Below, in pieces: positions 38,799 through 48,086 of a DNA stretch of 64,000 nucleotides. The stretch covers positions 28,119 through 92,118 of the forward strand of contig CAZBLY010000001.1 of NCBI GenBank assembly GCA_964493265.1, read 5' to 3'. Source of the DNA: Candidatus Woesearchaeota archaeon. Lineage in GTDB: Archaea > Nanobdellota > Nanobdellia > Pacearchaeales > UBA284. How positions within the stretch are numbered: the stretch's first letter is position 1; each line of letters opens with the position of its first letter. A program made the position numbers and the translations under genes. A model generated the notes under the pieces. It had not been told where the DNA came from. It ran no database searches and saw nothing but the letters and a program-made list of their open reading frames with translations.

Positions 38799-39158
38799 TT
38801 AATTATAAATATTTTTTAAAGTATTTTTAGCACCATATTTAAGATATGGGGTGATTTCTTCAGGGACTCTTTCAAAAGAATTCCAAAAAATAACCTGTTC
38901 TCCATTAATTTTAATTTCTCCAAGTTTTTCAAGTACGAATTTTATCTCTTTATTCCTATATTGTTTATATATCATTCTACCATAATAATACCATTCGTCT
39001 AAATTGTTTGGATAAGCTATAAAACAAATTTTTTGAAAATCAGCCACTATAAATTTTTTTGCTAATTCTTCTACTTCTGTAAATTGCTTTAATGTTTTTA
39101 ATGATGCTTTTTCCAAACCACCAATTTTTGCATTAGTATCTAAAACTAAACTGCCCAT
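38799..39158 (-). CDS. hypothetical protein
   Basis: A 119 aa ORF between aEF-2 and aIF2-beta. No motif recognised. Confidence 0.3.
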   Translation of the reverse strand: MGSLVLDTNAKIGGLEKASLKTLKQFTEVEELAKKFIVADFQKICFIAYPNNLDEWYYYGRMIYKQYRNKEIKFVLEKLGEIKINGEQVIFWNSFERVPEEITPYLKYGAKNTLKNIYN

Positions 39159-39274
39159 TCCCTCTCACCTTTGTTTTTCTAAGAATTTAAGATATAAATA
39201 ATTTTGTTAATATTTTAGAGTGAAAACTTATTAAAACTTATTATTTATTTAATTTTTAATCATTTAATCATCAT

Positions 39275-41428
39275 TTAATCAATTCCCTTTCTTTGTCTAA
39301 TTTGTTTGATGACCTTGATTTGAAGATCTTTTGGAACTGGCGCGAAAAGTTGGTCTGTTATAAAAAAAGCTGCTCTTCCTTCTGTGGCACCTCTTAAATC
39401 ATTGCTTAAACCAAACATCTCATTAACAGGCATTTTTACTTTTGCACTTAAATGTTCTCCTTCTTGCTCCACATTAATAAGTTGGCCCCTCTTGCTTTGA
39501 ACTATTTTTGTAATTTCTCCCATAAATCTAAAAGGGGCTTCAATTTGAATATTTTGTAATGGTTCAAACATCACCGGCCTAGCATCTTGAATAGCTAGTC
39601 TAATTGCATCTCTTGTTGCTGGAATAACTTGTGCTGGCCCTCTATGAATGGCATCTTCATGAAGTTTACAATCCATTAATGAAACTTTTAATTTAATCTC
39701 TGGTTCATTAGCTAGAATTCCGGCATGAACTATCTGTTCAAAAGCAGTCATTGACATTTCTATAATTTCCCCTATATGAACTATTCCACGAGTTTTATCA
39801 CAAAAAACACAATCTCTATAGATTTCTTTATATTGTCTAGCTTCATCATAACTGATTCCAAGACTAACAAGTTTTTCAACTAATTGTTTATCTTTCTTTT
39901 TTATTTTGATGTCAGGAATTTCACCCTCTTTAATAGCTTTATAAACAGCATCTTCAATAGGTTCTACTTGTATAAAGAAAACATTATGTTTATTTGGACT
40001 TCTGCCTTCAAAAGTTCGGCTTGCTTTTGTAACAGTTTCTCTATAAACTACAATAGGCTCACTTGTTGTAATATCAACATTTTTTTCTGTTTTGATTCTA
40101 TTTGCAACAACCTCCAAATGAAGCTCACCCATTCCACTCAAAAGATGCTGGCCTGTTTCCTCATCTATCTCTACTGTTATTGTTGGATCTTCTTTTGCAA
40201 CATGTTTTAAAACAGAAATTAATTTTGGAAGATCAGATGGTTTTTTTGCCTCAATAGAACATGTAACAACAGGTTCAAACATATGTTTTAATGCTTCAAA
40301 AGGTTCCATTTCCTTAGTTGAAACTGTTTCTCCTGCAAAAACATTTGTCAAGCCAACCACCCCAATAATATTTCCGGCAGGAGCTTCCTCAATAATCATT
40401 CTCTGACCCCCTTTATAGACATTAATTTGCTGAACTCTAACAGATTTTTTAGCCATATTCATCCACAAATCTTCACCTTTTCTAATTGTTCCAGAAAAAA
40501 GCCTGCCACCGGCAACTTCGCCAGCATGTTTATCAATAATAATTTTAGTAGGAATAAAAATAACGGGCCCTTTAGAATCACATTCCATTAAAGACTTGCC
40601 TTCCTCACTCTGAATATCTCCATGCCAAATTTTTGGAATTCTATATTTCTGCGATTCCTTGGGATCGGGAAGATGTTTAACAATCATGTCCATAACTATT
40701 GTATATAAGGGAGCTTTCTTAGCCAGCTCATTAATTTGATTGTTTTCATAAGCATCAATAACATCCTTAAAACTAATTTTTGTTTTTTGCATATAAGGTA
40801 TTGACATTGCCCATCTATCTTTAGCAGACCCAAAAGTAACACTTCCATCTTTTACCCCAACTAACCAATCTTTACATTCTTTTGGAGCAATACTTGAAAT
40901 AAATTTATTAACAGAATCTATTGTTTTAATAAGTTTCTCTTGAATTTCTTTAGGCTCTAATTTTAATTCCTTTATCAATCTATCAACTTTATTTATAAAC
41001 AAAGTTGGTTTTACTCTCTCTTTAAGTGCTTGTCTAAGAACAGTTTCTGTTTGGGGCATCATCCCTTCTGCAGCATCAACAAGAACTACCGCGCCATCTG
41101 TTGCCCTCATAGCCCTAGTAACTTCTCCAGAAAAATCGACATGACCAGGGGTATCAACCAAATTAATAAGATAATCTTTTCCTCCAACATTATGAATCAT
41201 ATTAACATTAGCACTATCAATTGTAATTCCTCTAGATTTCTCATCAGCATGAAAATCCATAACCATTAACTTTCCAGCCAATTCCTCAGAAATCATTCCC
41301 GCTCCAGCCAGAAGTGAATCAGTCATTGTAGTTTTTCCATGATCAATATGGGCAGCTATACCGATATTTCTAATCTGTCTGGGCTTAAACATCAGTTCAG
41401 TAATTTTTTTTGTTTTATCCTCTGCCAT
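39275..41428 (-). CDS. fusA: elongation factor 2 (aEF-2)
   Basis: G-domain AHIDHGKTT, DTPGHVDF, NKVD. The 717 aa length fits aEF-2. A diphthamide-region His is present near the C-terminus (HRGPAQVIPA). Confidence 0.9.
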   Translation of the reverse strand: MAEDKTKKITELMFKPRQIRNIGIAAHIDHGKTTMTDSLLAGAGMISEELAGKLMVMDFHADEKSRGITIDSANVNMIHNVGGKDYLINLVDTPGHVDFSGEVTRAMRATDGAVVLVDAAEGMMPQTETVLRQALKERVKPTLFINKVDRLIKELKLEPKEIQEKLIKTIDSVNKFISSIAPKECKDWLVGVKDGSVTFGSAKDRWAMSIPYMQKTKISFKDVIDAYENNQINELAKKAPLYTIVMDMIVKHLPDPKESQKYRIPKIWHGDIQSEEGKSLMECDSKGPVIFIPTKIIIDKHAGEVAGGRLFSGTIRKGEDLWMNMAKKSVRVQQINVYKGGQRMIIEEAPAGNIIGVVGLTNVFAGETVSTKEMEPFEALKHMFEPVVTCSIEAKKPSDLPKLISVLKHVAKEDPTITVEIDEETGQHLLSGMGELHLEVVANRIKTEKNVDITTSEPIVVYRETVTKASRTFEGRSPNKHNVFFIQVEPIEDAVYKAIKEGEIPDIKIKKKDKQLVEKLVSLGISYDEARQYKEIYRDCVFCDKTRGIVHIGEIIEMSMTAFEQIVHAGILANEPEIKLKVSLMDCKLHEDAIHRGPAQVIPATRDAIRLAIQDARPVMFEPLQNIQIEAPFRFMGEITKIVQSKRGQLINVEQEGEHLSAKVKMPVNEMFGLSNDLRGATEGRAAFFITDQLFAPVPKDLQIKVIKQIRQRKGID

Positions 41429-41448
41429 TTTTATTTCAAAATTATAAT

Positions 41449-42051
41449 TTATCTTGCAGAATCAGCTTGTTTTTCTGTTTCTATTTTTTTTGTTATTGCA
41501 AAACTTTCATTAGTTCCTTGAGCAGCTAACATAATCTCTTGAGCAAGTGCTTCTGGAATTTTTTTCTTTTTTGCGAATGCTTTATCTTGAGCACCGTGAA
41601 CTATATTTCTTAAAGTTATATTTAACCTTCTTAATGGAGCAGAATCAACAGCTTGAGGATAACGAGCTCCACCATATTCTATTGTAGTAATTTCATCACG
41701 AGGGGCTGCTTTTTCTATTGCCCTAACAAGAACCTGAATAGGATTTTCTTTTGTTTTTTCTTCAATAATTTTAAAAGTTTCAATAATGACTTTAGTTCCT
41801 TTTGTATGTTTACCAGAAACCTTTGTCATAATTTTATGTTTCTTTCCACGATGTCCTGGAACTGCAAGAATGCCAATTAATCTTTCAATAATATTTATTT
41901 TTGATTTAGCAAATCTTTCGCGATGTCTTCCATGAGCTTTTACCATTAACTTAACATCTAAATTAATACATCTCTTTAAACCAAAATCTTCTATCTTTAC
42001 ATCTTCTGTATCATATAAATCAAAAATTTTCATTTTAACTAAAAACTTCAA
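41449..42051 (-). CDS. rps7: ribosomal protein S7 (uS7)
   Basis: IIETFKIIEEKTKENPIQVLVRAIEKAAPRDEITTIEYGGARYPQAVD matches the uS7 core. 200 aa archaeal form. Confidence 0.85.
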   Translation of the reverse strand: MKFLVKMKIFDLYDTEDVKIEDFGLKRCINLDVKLMVKAHGRHRERFAKSKINIIERLIGILAVPGHRGKKHKIMTKVSGKHTKGTKVIIETFKIIEEKTKENPIQVLVRAIEKAAPRDEITTIEYGGARYPQAVDSAPLRRLNITLRNIVHGAQDKAFAKKKKIPEALAQEIMLAAQGTNESFAITKKIETEKQADSAR

Positions 42052-42301
42052 TAAAATAATTTAAATTTCTTTTAGATGAAGAGTTATCCTCTTTAATATC
42101 TACCTTATATTCATTAGGTAATTTGGATTTCAAATAATCTTTTAATTTTTCAGCCCCTTCCGAAGATCCTGGAAAAATAACTACAGCATCTCCATTCTCT
42201 TTTGATTGTTCTACAACTAATTCCAATATTTTCTCATAAGATATTTCAACCAAGGCAACCAAAGCTCTATTTTTATTCATTTTATCTTCTACCTTTCTCA
42301 A
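42035..42301 (-). CDS. small hypothetical protein inserted between rps12 and rps7
   Basis: An 88 aa ORF (the likely start is the internal MNKNRAL...) that overlaps both neighbours by a few codons. No motif recognised. Confidence 0.3.
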   Translation of the reverse strand: MRKVEDKMNKNRALVALVEISYEKILELVVEQSKENGDAVVIFPGSSEGAEKLKDYLKSKLPNEYKVDIKEDNSSSKRNLNYFIEVFS

Positions 42302-42704
42302 TTTTTCCCCTAACTAACATTGCTAAGGGTTGATCATTTACTTTAATAACAGTATATCTAACACCAGGAATATCACCTTTTGATCTGCCTTGTTTTCCTC
42401 CAATAGCTTCAATCATAACCTCGTCATGTTCATCAATAAATTTTGATGCCAGATTTCCAGGAACATAAGCTGTAACTCTTTTTTTGTTTTTGATAAGCTG
42501 AACTCTAACACATTTTCTCATAGCAGAATTTGGCTGTTTTGCTTCTTTCTGCACTTTCTCTAAAACAATTCCTTTTGCTTGGCTTGTTCCTTCAAGAGGA
42601 TCGGATTTTTCTTTTAATTTTAACATTCTTTTTTTATATTTCTGTTTAGCCCAACGAAACTTTTTATGTTTCTTCTTAATTTTCCTAGCACTAGCGATTC
42701 CCAT
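42282..42704 (-). CDS. rps12: ribosomal protein S12 (uS12)
   Basis: [40 protein letters not shown] is the uS12 signature. Confidence 0.9.
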   Translation of the reverse strand: MGIASARKIKKKHKKFRWAKQKYKKRMLKLKEKSDPLEGTSQAKGIVLEKVQKEAKQPNSAMRKCVRVQLIKNKKRVTAYVPGNLASKFIDEHDEVMIEAIGGKQGRSKGDIPGVRYTVIKVNDQPLAMLVRGKIEKGRR

Positions 42705-42742
42705 TTTATTTTTTGCCTTCTATAAACTTAAGTTCTCTATAT

Positions 42743-42752
42743 ATTTATAAAT
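42743..42752 (+). promoter_or_regulatory. TATA box for AEP gene (divergent from rps12)
   Basis: tttataaatg lies about 25 nt upstream of the MQIKD start codon and 40 nt from the rps12 start on the opposite strand. Confidence 0.35.
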
Positions 42753-42772
42753 GTTTCTTACTAAATTTAAAT

Positions 42773-43654
42773 ATGCAAATCAAAGATGTGATAAAGCCAT
42801 TTGGAAAAACAGATGTCCTTTTGTATTATAGCATTATAGCTTCTAAACTAAATAAATTTCTACAAGGTAAAAAGATAGCTACAAAAATATGGCTTCCAAC
42901 AGGTTTTTTTCTACGAAGAGGCTCACAAATGGAACCCCTATACATAGAAGAATTTAAAAATGTAACAAAAAATTTAATAAAATTGAGAGCAGAAATGCCA
43001 CTTCAAAAAGCTAGGGGAAAAATAACAAAACAACAAGAAAAATTATGGCTTTATTTCCCTCAAGACAAATTAATTGATTTTTTTTATGCAACTAATAATG
43101 AAGGAATAGATAAGCCGATAGAAAGAATTTATTTTGATATAGATAGAGGAAAAAATATAAAGGCAGAAGATGCGCAAAAAGTTACTTTAGAACTTCTTAA
43201 AATAATAAAAAAAGACAAAGAATTCAAGAAACTAATAAAATTTAAAACCATAATCCTTTGGACAGGAAAAAGCTTTCATTTATATCTTCTTTTAAAAAGA
43301 AAAATGCCAAGCAGTTTTTATAAAAAATATCTAAGCTATAGTAAAAATGTTCCTTTAGAAAGTTTTACAGGAAAATGGGCTGATCAAATTAATAAACAAA
43401 CAAAATTTAAAGTTGCAGGAGGTCATGAAAAAAAACCAAAGACAATTACTATAGATCCTAGCCAGACTCCAAGCGGTAAACTTGCAAGATGCCCTTTTGC
43501 TTTACATATGAAAAACCCAAAAGAAATTAATGGAATTTCAGTTCCACTCAACGAAAAGATGTTAAGAGATAAAAATTTAACAAAAAAACTCAAAACCCTT
43601 ACCCCGGATAAAGTTGTCAAAAATCTAAATAATTGGGCAAAAAATTTAAAATAA
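42773..43654 (+). CDS. archaeo-eukaryotic primase (AEP) superfamily protein (PriS-like or LigD-Pol-like)
   Basis: Three AEP motifs in canonical order and spacing: RIYFDIDRG (DxD), ILWTGKSFHLYL (cf. SGxRGxH), ITIDPSQTPSGKLARCPFALHMK (cf. D...RxxRxPxSxHxK). The start was moved to MQIKD because a TATA box (tttataaatg at 42743) lies inside the longer ORF. Confidence 0.5.
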   Translation: MQIKDVIKPFGKTDVLLYYSIIASKLNKFLQGKKIATKIWLPTGFFLRRGSQMEPLYIEEFKNVTKNLIKLRAEMPLQKARGKITKQQEKLWLYFPQDKLIDFFYATNNEGIDKPIERIYFDIDRGKNIKAEDAQKVTLELLKIIKKDKEFKKLIKFKTIILWTGKSFHLYLLLKRKMPSSFYKKYLSYSKNVPLESFTGKWADQINKQTKFKVAGGHEKKPKTITIDPSQTPSGKLARCPFALHMKNPKEINGISVPLNEKMLRDKNLTKKLKTLTPDKVVKNLNNWAKNLK

Positions 43655-43666
43655 AATGGTAATAAA

Positions 43667-44059
43667 ATGGTTATAAAATATGAAGAAGCTTCAGATATAA
43701 AAAGAAAAATTAATTTGTTAGTTGAAACACTTGGAATGAATTATCTAAATCAAAATAGAATTTTTTGTATTAGAAGCCATGGCTCTAAATCAAGAAGTGT
43801 TATTGCCAGATGCCACTCACTTCCAAAGATAATGCAACTTTCTCTTGAAACAGAGCCAGCCTATATAATTGAGGTAATAAGTGAAAATTTCGACATACAG
43901 AACGATAATGAAAAGATTAAAACATTGATTCATGAACTATTACACATTCCTAAAAGTTTTGGCGGGGGTTTTAGATATCATAATGTAATTACTAAAACAA
44001 AAATTGAGAGACTATTTAATAGATACAAAAATTCTATCGACGAGGATAGAAAGGTTTAA
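43667..44059 (+). CDS. small HExxH zinc-metallopeptidase-like protein (SprT/Wss1/DUF45-like)
   Basis: A 130 aa ORF with HELLHIPKSFGGGFRYHN (HExxH plus a downstream His), typical of minimal SprT-like or DUF45 proteins. Lies 12 nt after the AEP gene. Confidence 0.45.
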   Translation: MVIKYEEASDIKRKINLLVETLGMNYLNQNRIFCIRSHGSKSRSVIARCHSLPKIMQLSLETEPAYIIEVISENFDIQNDNEKIKTLIHELLHIPKSFGGGFRYHNVITKTKIERLFNRYKNSIDEDRKV

Positions 44060-44158
44060 ATATAAGTTCTACTTTAAAGATTTGTTAAATGGCTAAGGTA
44101 AAATATTAAACCTTAAAATTTAAATCAAAACTAAATAAGAAAAGGAGGTTAATAAAAA

Positions 44159-44320
44159 ATGGGAAAAGTTCTTGTAAAAAACGTAATTAAGAGAAAGAAA
44201 GGTTATCTTTACTATGTCGACGGAAAAGGCAATGTCTGTGAAGCAAAAATGGCTCGAGGCGGAAGAAAGAAAAAGAAAAAAGCCAAAAAGAAAGTAAAGA
44301 AAAGAAAAAAGAAAAGATAA
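44159..44320 (+). CDS. small lysine-rich protein (53 aa), not in ORF track
   Basis: The ATG at 44159 follows a strong SD aaaaggaggttaataaaaaatg. It encodes MGKVLVKNVIKRKKGYLYYVDGKGNVCEAKMARGGRKKKKKAKKKVKKRKKKR. Confidence 0.4.
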   Translation: MGKVLVKNVIKRKKGYLYYVDGKGNVCEAKMARGGRKKKKKAKKKVKKRKKKR

Positions 44321-44395
44321 GCCTAATTTTTAATTATTTTTTTTCTTTTTTATTTTTTAATTTATTGTTTATTATTTATTTTTTTAATTTATTGT

Positions 44396-44662
44396 TTACT
44401 TCTCTTCTTTAAACCCAAAAAGAAGCAATTTTATAATAAAAAAACCAAGTATTGTTCCAATTGGTATAAAAATCAAATAAGGATAAGGCGTGGTAAAAAT
44501 AAATTTTAGTTCCATAGGCCATTTATAAAAACTTTGATGAATGTCAAATAAAAAAATTATGACAAAAGAAATCAACGCAGGAATAAATAAAAATACAAAA
44601 TCAGCAATCAACTCTTCTTTTGTTATGATTCCTTTCCTTATCTTCTTCAGATGTTTCCTCAT
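44396..44662 (-). CDS. small membrane protein
   Basis: An 88 aa ORF with 2-3 TM segments. Confidence 0.3.
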   Translation of the reverse strand: MRKHLKKIRKGIITKEELIADFVFLFIPALISFVIIFLFDIHQSFYKWPMELKFIFTTPYPYLIFIPIGTILGFFIIKLLLFGFKEEK

Positions 44663-44737
44663 AAAATTAAATAGATAAGATATTATATAAATATTTCTTA
44701 TAACAAACTATAAAAGTTTCTTTCTTTTTTCTTTATT

Positions 44738-45727
44738 ATGAAAAAAGTGGTCTGTTTAGGAATTGAAAGTACTGCCCACACTTTTGGGATAGCCATAGTA
44801 AATAACAAAGGAAAAATTTTAGCTAATGTTAAGGATAGTTACACAACAACAAAAGGGGGCATAATTCCTCTTGAAGCTGGAAAACACCATAATAAAGTTA
44901 AAGGAAAAATCTTGAAACAAGCATTAACAGAATCTGGTTTAGAACTTAAAGACATAAATATAATAGCCTTCTCACAAGGACCTGGTTTGGCTCCTTGTCT
45001 TTTGCAAGGAAAAAACTTAGCAAAAAAATTAGCTAGACAATTAAAAAAACCCTTGATTGGCGTAAATCATTGCATAGCACATCTTGAAATAGGAAAACTG
45101 CTCACAAAAACAAAAAATCCTGTTCTATTATATGTTTCAGGAGCTAATACTCAAGTAATAAGTTATTCATCAGGAAAATATAGAATTTTTGGTGAAACTC
45201 TTGATATTGGTGCAGGAAATTTTATAGATACTTTCGCACGCCATTGTGGAATTGGTTTCCCAGGAGGTCCAAGAATAGCTGAACTTGCCAAAAAATCTAA
45301 TAAATTTATTGAATTGCCATACTCTGTCAAAGGAATGGATGTTGCATTTTCTGGCTTACTTACAAATCTAAAACAAAAATATGATAAAGGCTATAAAATT
45401 GAAGATCTAAGTTATTCATTACAAGAACATGCTTTTGCAATGTTAATTGAAACTGCTGAAAGGGCTATGGCTCATCTTAAGAAAAAAGAGCTTTTGTTAG
45501 GTGGGGGAGTTGCTTGTAATTCAAGACTTCAGGAAATGGCAAAAATAATGTGTAAAGAAAGAGATGCTAAATTTTTTTACCCACCTAATAATTTTCTTGT
45601 TGATAATGCAGCCATGATTGCGTGGACTGGAATTTTGATGTTTAAAGCTGGCCAAAAATTATCTATGAAAAAAGCCGACATCAAACCTTATGAAAGAACT
45701 GATGATGTTGAAATTAAGTGGATATAA
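44738..45727 (+). CDS. kae1: tRNA N6-adenosine threonylcarbamoyltransferase Kae1 (TsaD/Kae1/Qri7 family)
   Basis: MKKVVCLGIESTAHTFGIAIV, the metal-binding HxxH region (VNHCIAHLEIG) and a C-terminal ASKH-fold. 329 aa, with no Bud32 fusion. Confidence 0.85.
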   Translation: MKKVVCLGIESTAHTFGIAIVNNKGKILANVKDSYTTTKGGIIPLEAGKHHNKVKGKILKQALTESGLELKDINIIAFSQGPGLAPCLLQGKNLAKKLARQLKKPLIGVNHCIAHLEIGKLLTKTKNPVLLYVSGANTQVISYSSGKYRIFGETLDIGAGNFIDTFARHCGIGFPGGPRIAELAKKSNKFIELPYSVKGMDVAFSGLLTNLKQKYDKGYKIEDLSYSLQEHAFAMLIETAERAMAHLKKKELLLGGGVACNSRLQEMAKIMCKERDAKFFYPPNNFLVDNAAMIAWTGILMFKAGQKLSMKKADIKPYERTDDVEIKWI

Positions 45728-45921
45728 TGTTACTACCACTTTATCCTAACGCCTTTTATCGTCGGAAATGTTTCTTTTCTCAATTTAACTAAAAAAATGA
45801 TTTTTTATGTTGTACTATGCTGGTAGTAACATAATACCGAATAATAGAAAGGTTTATAAGTAGCTATCACTTGAAAATAATAACAAATTAAATCAATTTT
45901 AAAATTAAATTATTTAAAAAA

Positions 45922-47322
45922 ATGAAACAAAACAAAATGAAAGGCAAACTTGGTTTGTTTTTTGTTTTAGCCTTTGTTAGTATTCTAGGATTGTTAGTTA
46001 GTGGTGCAGTAGCTACAGAATGGCAAGAACCAAGTCTACCAAAAATTGCACAAATGACTGTTTATGTCAATGGCAATGTTGCTTGGTATGGTTGGTGTGA
46101 ACCTGTAGAAGGCCCTATACCAGTTCCTCCAGTAAACGGAGAAATAGAAATTGAACAATTTGACGACTATACTTGTTATTCACATCAAGTTGCAATTCCA
46201 GCTCTTGAACGTGGAGAAGATATGTCTGTTAAAGTTTTGTTCACATCAAACTTTAATTTAGATGAAGTTAAGGTTAAAACCTGGTTAAATGGCTACAGAG
46301 AAGAGATTGAAGACCAATCAGCAGAGTTCGATGTCTTTAAAGGAAATCTTTACAGTAAGACTATGTTCTTGAACATGCCTGAAGATATTGATGCTAAAGA
46401 TCAATATACTTTACATGTAAAGATCATAGACCAAAATGAACTTAATGGCGTTGATGAAGCTAAAATAGATACAACTGTACAAAGAACATCTAACTTACTT
46501 GAGATATTATCTATTGATTTCTATGATCATGACAATTTCTATAAAGGAGTCTGTGGAGAATGTAGTGTTACATTTCAAACAGGTACAACTCTTTATTCAG
46601 ATATTGTTATAAAGAATAGAGGAAATCATGTGTTAGAAGATATCTATGTTAAGGTAAGTATTCCTGACCTTTGTATGGAAAGAGTAGTTTATCTTGGAGA
46701 TTTAGGAACACACGACAACAAATATCAAGATACAGAAAAAATAACCATGGCATTTCCTTTACCTGATAAGGAAGGAACCTATGAAATGGTTATAGAAGCT
46801 TACAATTCAAAAGTTAATACTAGGGAAACAAGGACTATCGTACTTGAACACAAAGTAGAAAGAGAGATTGAAGTTCTTCCACAAATTACAGAAGCTTTCG
46901 TAAATCAAGGTGAAACCGCACAATTTAGTATATTTGTGACAAATCTTGGTGAAAGTTATGAAACATTTGTAGTTGAAGTTTTAGGAGCTGATGGCTGGTC
47001 AACAGTCAAAATCAATCCCGCATCTTTCAGTCTAGGTAGTGGAGAAAGTAAGATAATCAACTTGAACTTAGATGTTAACGAAGATACAGAAGCTGGCAAA
47101 TATCCATTTACAGTTCGTGTTAACTACGGTAATGACGCTAAGCAGTTCAATTTTACTGCAAATATTGAAGAAGCAGGAATTTCAGCAGATTGGAAAGTGA
47201 TTTTAATGGTTATAGGTATTGTTCTTGCTATTGCAGTCATTGTTTTACTTGCTATAATGCTTGCAAAACAAAGATCAGCTAGTGAAGAAGAAAGACCTGA
47301 AACTGTTGAAAGTTACTACTAA
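45922..47322 (+). CDS. cell-surface (S-layer-like) protein: signal peptide, beta-rich ectodomain, C-terminal TM anchor + basic tail
   Basis: N-terminal GKLGLFFVLAFVSILGLLVSGAVA. C-terminal WKVILMVIGIVLAIAVIVLLAIMLAKQRSAS. GC content and codon usage are visibly higher than in neighbouring genes. Confidence 0.5.
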   Translation: MKQNKMKGKLGLFFVLAFVSILGLLVSGAVATEWQEPSLPKIAQMTVYVNGNVAWYGWCEPVEGPIPVPPVNGEIEIEQFDDYTCYSHQVAIPALERGEDMSVKVLFTSNFNLDEVKVKTWLNGYREEIEDQSAEFDVFKGNLYSKTMFLNMPEDIDAKDQYTLHVKIIDQNELNGVDEAKIDTTVQRTSNLLEILSIDFYDHDNFYKGVCGECSVTFQTGTTLYSDIVIKNRGNHVLEDIYVKVSIPDLCMERVVYLGDLGTHDNKYQDTEKITMAFPLPDKEGTYEMVIEAYNSKVNTRETRTIVLEHKVEREIEVLPQITEAFVNQGETAQFSIFVTNLGESYETFVVEVLGADGWSTVKINPASFSLGSGESKIINLNLDVNEDTEAGKYPFTVRVNYGNDAKQFNFTANIEEAGISADWKVILMVIGIVLAIAVIVLLAIMLAKQRSASEEERPETVESYY

Positions 47323-47471
47323 TCACGAGAACCCTAAAGGCTAAACAAAACAACAAAGAAAAAAACAAATTTTAATTTATTTTTTTTAAACTTTTTTCTT
47401 TTTTTCTTTTTTTTATTATTTAATTAATAAAAAGATTTATATATTCCCATTATATAGTAATAACAGATAAA

Positions 47472-47993
47472 ATGGCATATTTTAAATATAATCCAGTTGC
47501 AGTAAAAAACTTAGCTACAAAAATCATTGGTTCAACAAAAAAAGAAGTTATTGAATGTATTAATTGTATAAATATTGATTATTTAAATCAAAAACAATTT
47601 AAAGAAATAATAGACATTCCTAATTTAGATAAAATTGAAAATATAAATAATGTTGAAATTAATTGTTATCCACCTATGTCTGCTTCCACCCATGTCATAA
47701 ATGCTAAAATATTAGATAATTTTGTATTTAATATAAATGCAGGCATTTATTATTATATGGCTGATCAATTTAAAAATCTTGAAAAAACTAAAAAAGGGCC
47801 TTTATATTTTTTACAAACAACCCATATAAATGGAGCTCTTATACCTAGAATTGCTGTTGAAGCCGTTAAAAAATATGATTGGAATCAACATAAAAATGAG
47901 GTAAAAAGAATGTTAGAACAACGCGAAAAAGTTTTACAAAAGATGAAAAAAAGAAAAATTTTAGTAAGAATAATAAATCCAAAATTAAATTAA
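47472..47993 (+). CDS. hypothetical protein
   Basis: A 173 aa ORF with no motif recognised. Confidence 0.3.
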   Translation: MAYFKYNPVAVKNLATKIIGSTKKEVIECINCINIDYLNQKQFKEIIDIPNLDKIENINNVEINCYPPMSASTHVINAKILDNFVFNINAGIYYYMADQFKNLEKTKKGPLYFLQTTHINGALIPRIAVEAVKKYDWNQHKNEVKRMLEQREKVLQKMKKRKILVRIINPKLN

Positions 47994-48086
47994 TTAGTTC
48001 TCGAAACATTTTTAAATCTAGATGAATACTATTTTTTAACCATATGACTAAAGCAAATAAATAAATTGCTAATGAGGGAGGTTAAA

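Noticed and set aside
39884-41269. Plus-strand ORFs 39884..40210 and 41030..41269
   Set aside because: They lie inside aEF-2 on the opposite strand. Their F/N/C-rich translations are typical of AT-rich antisense frames.
42713-42772. Annotated start of ORF 42713..43654 ([20 protein letters not shown])
   Set aside because: A TATA box (tttataaatg, 42743-42752) lies inside these codons. The coding start is the downstream MQIKD at 42773.
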